Of a stretch of DNA of 64,000 nt, positions 11,240 to 22,469 are shown one piece after another. Position 1 is the first letter of the stretch. Each line of letters begins with the position of its first letter. Where the stretch lies: positions 20,584,001 to 20,648,000 of the forward strand of contig NC_086106.1 of the NCBI RefSeq assembly GCF_963921235.1. The letters are read 5' to 3'. The stretch is from Mobula hypostoma (lineage: Eukaryota). The notes under the pieces were generated by a model. The model searched no databases, had not been told where the DNA came from, and saw only the letters and a program-made list of their open reading frames with translations. Made by a program: the position numbers and the translations under genes.

Positions 11240-12031
11240 TCAAGTTACCCTCAGCGAGGTCCTTCCCAATAGGCAAGATATTCACACTTCTCCGTCTCCC
11301 TATTCATCAAATGCAGTAACTTCACTTGCACGTCACATCCAATAAACTCAGCAAAATATCAACATGATTCCAAGCAGGCAGCAAACACTTCCTGGATTTC
11401 TATCCGAAATTCTATGCTTGGCTCTTTCTGGCCTCTGATTAAAAGAGGCATTTTCAAAGTTGAAGCAAGCTGGGCATTTACTTGCCCGGAAATAAACATT
11501 TGCCATTGCAGTCTCTGTCAACATTGCGGAATTTGACTCTGGGAGGCAGCAATGCGGAATTCGTGTAGAGAGACTGCGATGCAGACGTTCATTTGTACAG
11601 GTCAGCTTCTGTTTAGCTCCCTATCACAGTGGAGGATATCAGGTCACAATCCGACTTCGTCACATCAAGCCCAAATCCAATGGATCGCAGAGCCGACCAA
11701 AGGATCTAATAAACCTCTATCTGGGTACGGGCGTCCCACACATAGGTCTCAATCTCGGCCATCCCGGTCCTGGAGTGGATACGATATACCCAACCGGGAC
11801 CTTTCTCTGGACTTCAACTGACAGCTCCTCCTCTGTAGGTCCGTTCACATTGAGACTCATTTCTAGTTGAACTTGTACCCATTTCTAGATTATGCACTCC
11901 GGATCCGATATGTATCTATGATCAGGGTAATGACCGACAGAATCGAACGAAGAGCCTAGTGAAAAGTGCTTTGTTGCAGTAGATATTGAGATCCGCCAGC
12001 TCTCACACTGAGGCATGCCATAAAATAGCCG
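11240..12031 (-). pseudogene. Decayed D1-D2-J block of unit B1 (J 11240-11282, RSS to 11321; D2 11604-11652; D1 remnant 11966-12031)
   Basis: J reads YLAYW-[GAAGG]-TSLRVT (4 nt missing from W-G-x-G-T); J RSS AAGTGTG with 23 spacer; D2 has lost 15 nt including one heptamer. Confidence 0.8.
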
Positions 12032-12426
12032 ATATGATACACAGACGTACGGTAACCTCCGACCCTATCACTATCTCTCAGCAGTTCATTCGTCAGTCAA
12101 ACCGCGCCAGAACAGCAATGCTTCCCTTGTCATTAATGTCCTGCATACCCCGACCATTTATTGTAACATTTTGACGAAAGACCGACACCTGACAAAGTGA
12201 ATCAGAGAACCCATTCCCAGTCAGGGCGCTTGGCTCCCAGCTGCCGTCTGAAATGATCCGCTGAGACCCTGGGCCCATGCATCCAGCATGTCTTCTCTGG
12301 AATCACCGCGGAGAACCCGTTTTCCATTGCGTGGACGAGCCGGTGTGGCTCTTAACGACCGTGGTACAGCTCTGGCGATCACTACTGACCTTTCCCTCTG
12401 CGCCCTACCAGTCCGTGATTTCACTG

Positions 12427-12465
12427 GGTTTTTGTCGCGGTCTACGCCCGATCTCTCTCACTGTG
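12427..12465 (-). promoter_or_regulatory. V 3' 23-RSS of B1
   Basis: CACAGTG + 23 nt + ACAAAAACC. Confidence 0.96.
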
Positions 12466-12950
12466 TGTCTCGCACAGTAATAGGTCGCCGTGTCGTCCAG
12501 TATCAGGTTGTTTATTTGCAGATAAACGGTGCTGCTGTCCTTGGACACCTCGAATTGGCCTTGGACTCCAGGCGCGTAGTATTTGTTACCGTCATAATAT
12601 ACAACAGCCACCCATTCCAGCCCTTTCCCGGAGACCTGTCTCACCCAGTGCATGTTAGAGCTGCTGAGGCTGAACCCACTGACCGCACAGGTCAGTCTGT
12701 GGGACTGTCCGGGCTTCACCATCGCTGACTCGGGCTGTTCCAGCAGCATATCGGACTGCACGCCTGTCAACAGAAGAAGAGCAGAAACTGAGACAAATGT
12801 TCCACAAGCAGAGATTCAGAAAGCCTGCGAAAAACAGTCTGCCTTAGGTAGATAATCAATTGTGAGACAGGCACCTGGAAGGCAATGCAGGAGGAGACAG
12901 AAATAAGGAATGCCCCTTATCTTGCTGAGCACTGAATCCGATTTCGACAT
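12466..12950 (-). CDS. IGHV: Ig heavy-chain V segment B1 (IgW-like), apparently intact; leader exon 12875-12950, V exon 12466-12763
   Basis: 76-nt phase-1 leader exon [30 protein letters not shown] intron of 111 nt, 298-nt V exon [38 protein letters not shown] with conserved Cys, Trp, Cys and no stops; followed by a perfect 23-RSS. IgW-like call rests on recalled FR1 (QPES..KPG.SHRLTC) and leader similarity. Confidence 0.93.
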
Positions 12951-13060
12951 TTTTGAGATCAGCGGCTTTAGTTGAGACCAGATTTATCGCGAGCTGTCGT
13001 TTACGCTGTTCAAATAGAGACGTAGACTGCCAGTGAGAGGAGGAGCCGCGGTTTGTAAAG
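12951..13060 (-). promoter_or_regulatory. Putative VH promoter block conserved before all seven leaders
   Basis: GATAAAT TATA-like motif ~32-38 nt upstream of ATG, preceded by conserved ACGTCTCTATTTGAACAGCG; no ATGCAAAT octamer seen. Confidence 0.45.
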
Positions 13061-13719
13061 GCTCCCACACAATGAAACCAGAGACACAGATTCCTGTCCC
13101 CGCCTCCAGCAGAAATTGCAATTGTCCAAAATATATTTGTCTCTGCACAGGCGATAGGTCAGCGGCAGTGGCCAGATCCGGATTAATGATCTGGCACACT
13201 CATTATGTTCGGCGATAAACAGTTTGTGGAATGAAAAAGGCAGAGGACAGAATTCCCCCCGATACACAGAGTTGAGAGACACTAGCCACTGGACAAACGT
13301 CACTCTGTCAGACAGGAAGTATCAGACACCAGTCAGTGGACCGAGATTCCCATGAGAGACAGGAATTGAGAGATTCTATTTAATGGACTGGTGCCTCGCT
13401 GGATACTGCGTCTAACAGACTAGTCAGTGGACAGATATCCTCCTTTGGGACACCGATCGAGAGACAATGGACTGTGAACGGTGATGTAATAAACAAAAAG
13501 CTCATGGTGTATATGCGATTATCCAGTTGTCGTCATATTAAGACCAATGTTGGCAAGCAGCGTAGGGTCACGAAAGGGCGGCATCGGCAGCTCATGTTTA
13601 CAGAGGATGATTTAGAAGTTAGAATTTGGGCCATTGACCGTGAGTGTACGGTCATATGTGAAGCCAAGGTATTAACTGCATGGCTGAACGTTTTTGTAGG
13701 TTCTAGGAATGAAGAATAG

Positions 13720-14160
13720 ATTTCACATGTTGCCTGGGATGGAGGACTTTAACTACATGGAGCGGTTGAATAAATTGGATTTATCTTCGCTGGAAGGCTA
13801 AGTCTAACTTCGGTGAAGTTTATAAAATTGTGAGCAGTGCGGATGCAGCCAGAAACCGTTTCCCAGTGCACAAGAGGTTACAAACAAGGGCATAAGTTTA
13901 TGATGAGAGATCCAGAAAGCAAAGAATATCTTCGCGATGTTATCCAATACACGGGGCTACGCTTATTTCCAAAGACTTTCAAGGTAAAATGGTGCAGCTG
14001 ATACACTACGTTGTTTTAAAGACAGCTGCGAAGGTGAATGAATAGGAAATGCAGAAAAGTGATGGGTGACAAACCTACAACTGAATTGATGGTATATTGG
14101 CATCTCGGGAGGCAGAAAAATCAATTTCCTGTGCTGCAAGATATTCCGATTCTCTTCCAC
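13720..14160 (+). mobile_element. Old, diverged CR1-like 3' fragment; copies ~34200-34640, ~55830-56040
   Basis: LPGMEDFNYMERLNKLDL..EVYKIV motif. Confidence 0.55.
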
Positions 14161-14999
14161 TGCAGCATGTACACGCTGGAATATTTCAACCTCTGGTATT
14201 ATTTTACTTGCACCTCCCTCAGTACTTCTGAGTTGGTGTTAATGGTGGTTATCGTAGCCTACCGGGCATGTCTTCCTTCTCTGTATTTGGACTTCACTAG
14301 ATTATTTTATTTAAGTTAATTTGTTCGTGTATCTACTCTCCAACTATTATTCGGCGATCACGTTATACGGCCTATTTCTACGGTGGACCGTGTTTATCCG
14401 TTCCCCGTCCAACCATTTGCTCCACAATGCTTCTTCTTTCTGGTTCCAAATTCTGACGGACGCTCTTTGAACTGAAACATTAACTCACGTTTCTCTCTTG
14501 CAGTGGGGATGTTATGACCTCTTGAGCATTTCCAGATTTAGTTTTGAAATCCCAATGTCCGTTTTTTTTTTTCAAATTTGTTATGACAAAAATGTGTTTC
14601 CGGGGTGGGGAATGACTCAAGCATTAAATTCCACAAACAGACCCTCTTGAGATTAATAACCTAAGATTGCAACACTTAGGGTACAGCACAGTTCATGGAA
14701 TATAGAACTATATATGTAATGCCTGTTTAGCTCCCCCCCCGCCCCCCGCCCCCCGTCTGTGGCAATCATGGTGCTCTTTTTAAGCAGCATATCCACCTAT
14801 TTCCTGCATGATGGATTTTTTTTTAAATATCTCGTGTATCATCTTTGGTATCCTCTTTTTCATTTTAAATCAATGTATCCGAAGGTTTCATGGTGCCACC
14901 TTTGCATAAAGACACTGGTTATGTTTCCTGTCATGCTCTGATGAAATGTACTTCAGCAGGTGCTCGACGGACTTTAATGTTCAATATAATGCAATCCTT

Positions 15000-16140
15000 G
15001 TTTGTCTAAACTTACATGTATACCATCCAAGCCAATCCAGATAACATACAAGTGACCATTTTATGTGCCATATCCAAAACATCAAATTCTTCCTGAAATG
15101 TGACGATGACGACTGCTTGCATTACTGAAAATGCGGCCGAGCAAAAAATTTACATAGTGACAATTTTATTTGCTAACATTAATGCTCACTGACACGAACG
15201 ATAACGGGATATATATTATACCCTCGTTTAGCACACTCCTTCCAGAGGCGCCAAGCCTTGTAGGGTTTAGAGACTTGTGTGTCTCAAATACCTTGAAGGC
15301 CTTGTGCTTTGGCGCTTCGTAGGATCACTTATGCCAAACAGATAGTCCGGAGAGGCTTTGCTAACTACGATAGAGCGGCCATCTAGGTCCGTGGGCTGGG
15401 TTTCAGATCAGGGCCAACAGCCATGACAAGTGAAACAAGAATAAAGTGTTCCTCATATGAGGTGACACACTGAAGAATCACTTAGCAATGTAATCCGCCT
15501 CCGAAACCTCTGCTGAGGTCCAGGTGCTTTCAGTCTTCGCATTTTTTAAAATTTCTGGTTTATCGTCTTTGATATCCTCTCAACGTGGACGACGATTTCA
15601 TGGTTCCACCTTGACATTAAAAATATTATGTATTTGACCAGCTCGGCTAACAGGCTTTAATGCTCAAAATAATGCAATCCTATTTAGTACTAAATCCCCT
15701 CATATATCATACAAGCCAATCCAGAAAACATGCAGTTGACCCACATCTGTGCCACAGCCAAAACCTCGCATCCTTCTGAAAGTGTTCTGACTAGAACTGT
15801 TCGCAATACTCAAAATGTGGTCGAGGCAAAATTCTATATAGCTGCAAAATTACTTGCAAATATTTATACTCAATGACACGAGAAAAAAAGGGATGTATGT
15901 TGCAGGCTTCATTTAACACACTCCTCCTAGAGGTTTGGAGGCTTGCGTGCCTCAGTGACCCCGAGGGCCTAGTGATCTGGCGCGTGGTAGGTTCACTCAT
16001 ACCATACAGATCAAATTGTAGAGGCTGCGCTAAGAGAGATACACCGGTCCGCTAGATCCGGGGCGGGGGTGTAGCTCCAGGCCAACTGCCCTGACAGGCG
16101 AAAAAATAGACGAAAGTGAATCCCATATGAAGTGACACAC
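15000..16140 (-). repeat. ~680-bp tandem duplication containing old CR1-like fragments; copies ~35520-36670, ~56360-57500
   Basis: Two offset homologous blocks; VILQLYRILPRPHFEYCEQF CR1 motif on the minus strand. Confidence 0.6.
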
Positions 16141-16236
16141 TGCGGAAACAATTGCTGATTTTGGGAAGGCCCTGACATATTTTGGAGTTGCAGAAGTCAA
16201 TGAAAAACAAATTGGTTTATTCGGAATATATTCAGT

Positions 16237-16238
16237 AG

Positions 16239-16263
<25 letters not shown>
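16237..16263. repeat. (AAT)n microsatellite
   Basis: About nine perfect AAT units. Confidence 0.9.
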
Positions 16264-16269
<6 letters not shown>

Positions 16270-17099
16270 CAGCGTAGTAGCCACGTATCAGTCTTACAGA
16301 ATTTGGTGAAAGATCATTGATGTGAAATAGCAACTCTGTTTCTCCGACCACCTATGTTCCCTGAGTTGCTCGGTGTTGGCATTGCAGGAGGCAGGATAAA
16401 TCTTGCCGGGCAGATTAGTAGCTGAAGATCTCATACATCCCAGGACCAGCAGGTGGTGAGTACGTTTTGTCTGTATCTGTGTTCCTTGGGTGCTTTACGA
16501 AATCTCCGATCAAACTGACAACAGGGAGCTGGGCTGAAGCGGGGAGTTGGAGATGCATGTGTCAGCTCAGAAGAAACTTGCAACGTAATTACGTTTGGGC
16601 ATTTGTACAAAATAATCGAGGTTGAATCAACAGATCGGGTGAGTTTCAGTCTGATTGTTGTCTGCATTGTATTAATTTGATAGAGCAGTTAAACTGAACA
16701 TCAGGCGGGCAATTTTAGTTATTCATCATCTGGCTCACATCTTTGCTGATGAAGTCAGAATGAATTACAAATCTGGGTCGCCATTCAGAGAGCCTGTTGA
16801 TGCAAACAAACTGACAAGCCAGGAGTCATAAAGAGGACCGCAGCGTAAGGATGAGCGATCCGTTTCCTCAAGGAAATTGATAATTCTGAAAGGAAATCCT
16901 TACTTATGGCGTGAATAAAAAAAAAATACAAATTGCTGAGGTGTCGGAATTTTGACCGTCGAGCCAAATCTGCTGCAGATCATTTTGATCTGAGTTTAAA
17001 TTTGACAGATTTGTTGTGGTGGTATTCGTTGACTGTTCTTCCATCCTCTGCGCTACTCATCTGATTTCATTTGCTGCCCTATTCTCCATCGTCCTACAT

Positions 17100-17410
17100 T
17101 CACCCTTCTGCTTCCCTATTGGATCGCTCTATAGATCCTGTCCTGGAAAATCTTCCTCCTTCGGAAACTTCACAAGAATAGGCTGTCTGTTTGTTATCAC
17201 CTTAAAGTTTTCTGATTCTGTTGTGTGCAGAATGGTTGCACATTCTCTGCTCTGGAATAGGGCTGTATTTTGCATATACGTCATTGCTCTTAAAATTCTT
17301 GGGCACAATGTAAGGTATTCTGTAAATGCCAAGACTGTACCTCACAACTACTCTTACCGAATCACTAGTAAGACTGGTTTCACGCCATGGGAAAGGGTTC
17401 ACTGCTGATG
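17100..17410 (-). pseudogene. Possible fossil C1-set exon; copies ~9560-9860, ~30000-30300, ~37270-37590, ~51490-51800, ~58390-58720
   Basis: Y-S-P..., KYGPV..SAHSR, TAYSCEV motifs at roughly C1 spacing; first Cys and Trp not recoverable. Confidence 0.35.
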
Positions 17411-19091
17411 TAATATTTTTTTTTTCTTTTTCTGCAGCAGCAGTGTGCTTGGGTTATGAGTAGAGATGAACGGGGCATTGTAATGTCCGTATGTGCTATG
17501 AGGGAAATGTTGTTCGTTCTTGTGTGCCCGAGAGCGAGGGATTCGCGAGCTTTTGTTCGGGAGAAGATGGAGAGAGAAGATGCCAGACAGGCGAAGTCGT
17601 AGACTGCAGGACCGAGTGGACCTGGAGTGTGGTTGGGAGTCGACGACGCCCTGGAGAAATCGATGGAGAACGAAGGGATGGGAAAACCGTGAGCTCCATC
17701 GTGCGCAACAGACTGCTTCATTAAAAAGAGGCCATTTTCTTTTTGTTTTCTTTACTAAACCTTGAGTTGAATTCAGAATTATAAAGCTCAATAGTTTACT
17801 TGCGAACTGCGTAATGTTCGTTATTTCAAGGCATTGATTTGTAACAGGGGAACACATCACGCAGCATCCACATAAACAAGATTTCTCTGGTTGTCCAGGC
17901 CGGAGGCTGTAGTTTCCTAGACTAACGGCACTGGTCGAAACTAAGAGTTACACTAATTTATGTGGAATGCACTTGTTAAACTAACCCACTCAGGAAGTAG
18001 GACGGCTTGGAATTATAGAGGTGGCTCTGTCTGTGAACTGAGAGCCAACAGTTCTTTTGAACAGCAAAGTTCAATTCATGTCCCGTGAGTGTAAGATGGG
18101 ACAGGCTAAGGGAGTTTCACTCTTTGTTTCCGCTGTAATGGCCCTGCCCTGGCTGGGATGGATAATGAAGAGGAATCTTTGTAACTAGTCTGTTTACTCC
18201 AGGGTGGTCGATGAAATCCCTATGAGGAAAAATTACCTAGATGCACAGGATAAATACTGATTCCATTCCATGACGGAGCAGAGAGAAAGGCCATTCATCC
18301 GATAGTATTTGTGCTAAGTTTTAGCTGTTGATACCCAATAAAACAATTGATCTCTCTGCTCTGCTCTGTCTCATTAGGAAAATCAGACTTCCTCCAGTAA
18401 AATGTCTATACTCACTTATACATATCATGGTCATACAGGCAGTGTTTTCCAGACCAGAGCCGTTCATGAATAAACATTCCCTTTAATGGACTCTTATTAC
18501 ACATTAATGCCTTTAAAACCATCCTCCCCACACTAACTACCGTATACCCTTCCCCATCCGCCAATGCAAGGATGCCTGGAATATAGGAAGGCCTTGTGGC
18601 TTCATTTCCCTTCCTTAATATTTCGATACGACTTATCCACTGCCTTTCCAACTACAAAATTTATCCTCCCCGTACACCATCTGCACACCCACCGGGAAGT
18701 AAAACTAACATCCTAAATCCTCAGATATCGCCTGTACCATAGTAGCATCCTGGGACAGACCTTAAGCTGAACATTACATGATGGAGCTGACACCCACCTG
18801 TACCTTGGGGATATGGGAGGCAGTATAACACAGTTGAGTATGTCCAGCATTGACAAGGATGTAAAAGAAGAAGTAGGCTCTAACATGAATGTAAGGAAGG
18901 CCAAGATATTGACTGGAGACAAATGGAGACAGTGCATGAAAACCAGGACACACAGGCTGCGGGACAACTTCTTACACCAGGACACCAAACTGCTTAATTC
19001 ATGCTGACGCGAATGTATTTCGACATTTTATTGACTATCCTGTTGGATACAATATTCATTATCAATTACTATAATTGCGCATTGCACATTT

Positions 19092-19782
19092 GATCGCAGC
19101 ATCTCCGCTCCGTCCGCCGCAACAGACAGGATGACCGGTAGCCCCCCACTTGAACTCTGCTTCCATTCCCATTCGGATATGTCTACGCTCTGACCTTAGT
19201 GGCGGGAAAGACGTATTAGGCAATTATTAGGATGAATTCTCAGGTACCTCCCATTCGGATATGTCCATACATGGCCTCCTCCAGTGACATGATGAGGCTA
19301 AACTCAGGTTGGAGGAGCGACACCTGATAAACCGTCTAGGTAGGCTCCAGCCCATTGGTATGAACATTTAATTCTCCAAATTACGGTAATTCTCTCCCAC
19401 TCCCTTCCCCTATCTCAGTTTCATTCTGCCCGCTCCCCCAACTGCCTTCTACCTCCTCGTGGTTCCGCCTCTTTCTACTACCCATTGTGCTTTCCCCTAT
19501 TCCTTCTTCACCTTTCCTGCCTATCCCCTCCCTGCTTCCCCTCCCCACCCCTTTATATTTCCCATTACTGCTTTTCCACCTGGAATCTGCCAGCCTTCTC
19601 CTTCCCACCCTACTCCCACATTCTTTATAGGGCCTCTGCCCCTTCGCTCTTCAGTCCTGACGAAGGGTTCCGGCCCGAAACGTTGACTGATCAATTCCAC
19701 GGATGCTGCTCGACCTGCTGAGCTCCTCCAGCGTGTTGTGAGTGTTGCTTTGTCCCCAGCATCTGCAGTATATTTTGTGTTT
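19092..19782 (+). mobile_element. Penelope-like element 3' fragment nested in the A2 Rex1 fragment
   Basis: EAKLRLEERHLINRLGRLQPIGMNI*FSKLR* resembles a PLE GIY-YIG C-terminus; pyrimidine-rich UTR; hammerhead motif; absent from the other six copies. Confidence 0.75.
19651..19690 (+). ncRNA. Minimal type I hammerhead ribozyme motif
   Basis: Stem I UCAGUC/GACUGA, core CUGACGA (+1 extra A), stem II GGGU-UCCG-GCCC, GAAA, palindromic ACGU stem III, GUU cleavage triplet. Confidence 0.65.
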
Positions 19783-19873
19783 ACATCTCAAAGGAGACGT
19801 AACATAAACATTTACTCCTCATGTATATGAAAGATGTAAGCAGTAAAATCAATTAATTTCATATCCGTTCAAC

Positions 19874-20699
19874 TCAAGATACCGTCAGCATTGTCCCTCC
19901 TAGTAGGCAAGATATTCACACTGCTCCGTCTCCCCATTCACCGAATGCAGTAACTTCACTTGTCCGCCGCATCCTCTAATCTCAGAAAGGTTTCAACATG
20001 ATCCCAGACAGGAAGCAGCTACTTCCTGGAATTCTATCTGGAATTTCGAGCCTGGTTCTTCCTGGCTTTTGAAGAAAAGAGGCATTTTCCAAGTATTCCT
20101 CTCTTCAGACACCCTTTCCCTCCATTCCGCAGAATTAGAGTTGAAGATATTTGGGCTTATACCTGCCTAGAACATTTGCCTTAACAGTCTGAGTTAGCCT
20201 TCAGGGATTTGTTCTGGGAGGCAGCATTGCGGAATTCGTGGAGACAGACTGCGGTTCAGACTCCCACTTGTCGGGAGCAGTTTTTCTCCAGCTCCCTATC
20301 ATCCTGGTGCATAAGACGCTGCTTCACTACAGGTCTTAATACGACTTCGTCATAGAGGATGGCCGAGCCCCCCAGCAGATTAATTAAACCCACACTCAGT
20401 GTCTGGGCGTCCCACACAGCGGGTCTCAATCTCAGCCATCCCAGTCCTGAAGTGGAGATAATATAACCAACTGGACCTTTTCCTGGGCTTCAACTGACTC
20501 TGCAGTTCCGTTCGCATTGAGACTCATTTCTCGTGGAAAATTTACCAGTTCCCAGATTATGCACTCGTGATCTGACTTATGTCCATGTATGCCAGAGTAA
20601 AGCCGGCAGAAGCGAACGAAGAACGTGATAAGAAGTGTTTGTTGTAATAGATATGGAGGACAGCCACCTCTCACACTGAGGCACGCCAGGATATAGCCG
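19874..20699 (-). pseudogene. Decayed D1-D2-J block of unit A2 (J 19874-19916; D2 20279-20342; D1 remnant 20634-20699)
   Basis: J YLAY*-[5 nt]-TMLTVS; heptamer CAGTGTG; D2 heptamers degenerate. Confidence 0.75.
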
Positions 20700-21133
20700 A
20701 AGATGATAAGCCGAAGTACCATAACCCCCGCCCCTCTCACTTCCTCTCAGCACAGTCACTCCTCAGTCAGACCGCCCTAGAACACCAAAGTGTCTCTGAT
20801 CATTAATGTTCCTTCGAGCCAGAGCATTTACTGTCACGTCTAGACGAAGCACGACACCTGACAAGGTGGATCGGTGAGCCCATTCCCACTCACCGCGCTT
20901 GGCCTCGAGCTGCCGTCCAAAGTGATCCGCTGAGCCTCTGCACCCCTCCATGCAGCACCTCTTCTGGGGAATCTACTCAGACAACCCGTCTTCGATTGCG
21001 TGGACGAGAGGATGTAGCCCAGAACGACCGAGATACGGCTGTGGCGATCACTGCTGCCATGTCCTTCAGCGCTCAAAGGGTAGGAGCTGTCACTCGGTAT
21101 TATTCCCGGTCTAGTGCCGGTCTCCTGCCTGTG

Positions 21134-21620
21134 TTTCTCGCACAGTAATAGGTGGCTGTGTCTTCCAGTCTCAGGTTGTCCATTTGCAGATAAACGGTGC
21201 TGCTATCCTTGGAAACCTGGAATCTATCTTCGACTCCAGGCGCGTACTTCTTGTTACCTTTATCCCACACAACGGCCACACATTCTAGCCCTTTCCCGGA
21301 GACCAGTTTCACTATGACCGACCATGTCACAGCTGCTGAGGCGAACCCACTTACTGCACAGGCCAATCTGTGGGTCTGTCCAGGCTTTGCCACCGCTGAC
21401 ACGGGCTGTGTCAGCAGGATATCGGACTGACGCCTGTCACTAAAAAAAGAAGCAGAAATTGATGAAACGAACTCCGGGCATAGACACACAATGACTTGGA
21501 GGACCAGCCGTCCAAGGGTAGGTGATAAATTGCGGGACAAACACCTGCTAGGCAAAGCAGGAGAGGTCATAAATAAGGAATGGCTCCTGTCCTGCTGGGC
21601 ACTGAATGCGACTTGGACAT
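21134..21620 (-). pseudogene. Ig VH pseudogene A2
   Basis: TGA in leader exon; -1 deletion in GVQS after the acceptor; +4 and -1 indels leave the V body open but with scrambled CDR1/FR2 (FASAAVTWSVIVKLVSGKGLEC); RSS decayed to CACAGGC-22-AATAATACC. Confidence 0.92.
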
Positions 21621-22469
21621 ATTTCAGATCGGCGTTCAGATGAGTCCGGATTTATCGCGAGCCACTGAGAGCGCTGTTCAAATAGAGACGTGGTCTGCGA
21701 GTGAGAGAAGGAGCCGCTGCTTGGAAAGGCTCCCAAATGCGAAAACCAGAGGCAGAGTTTCCTGTCCTCGCCCACAGCAGAGATTTCAATTTTCCAAACA
21801 GGTCAGCGGAAGTGAGCACATCCGGATAGAAGATCTGTTACATTGCTTAAATTGAAAGTAGGTTACTTGGAAGTAAGTATAGAGGAGATGTCAGGGATAC
21901 GTTATTTACGCAGAGTATTGAGTGCCTGGATTGGGCTGCCGACAGCCGCGGTGGTGGCGGGAACAATAGGGATAGGTACACCGAGCTTAGAAAACGAGAG
22001 GGCTATGGGTTAGCCTAGTTATTTCTGGGGTAAGGACATGTTCGACACAGCTTTCTGGGTCGAGGGGCCTGTATTATGCTGTAGGTTTTCAATGTTGCTA
22101 TGCTTCTATGAAAGGCAGAGAACCCCGGCGAGACAGAATGAGAGACAACAGTCAGCGGACAGGGTTAGGCCTGAAATACAGGGTTTCAGAAACACCAGCC
22201 ATTGGACAAATATCACGCTGTGTGTCAGGACGTGTGAGACACCAGTTAGCGGACAGCGATTCCCTTGTGAGACAGGAACGGCGATACTCGTCAACGGACT
22301 GGTTCCCCTTAGATACGGCGACTGACAGTCTAGTCAGTGGACAAATATCCCCCGAGAGTCAGAGACTAAGAGACATCAGTTGGTGGACCGATATCTCCCT
22401 GAGTGACATGGACTGAGCACACTTTTCACTGGGCAGAAGTTCTCATTAGGGACACGGTCAGAGAGACAC

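Noticed and set aside
20432-20740. ORF with signal-peptide-like start MVLRLIIFGYILACLSVRG
   Set aside because: The ATG and frame occur only in the A2 copy; the sequence overlaps the D1 RSS remnant.
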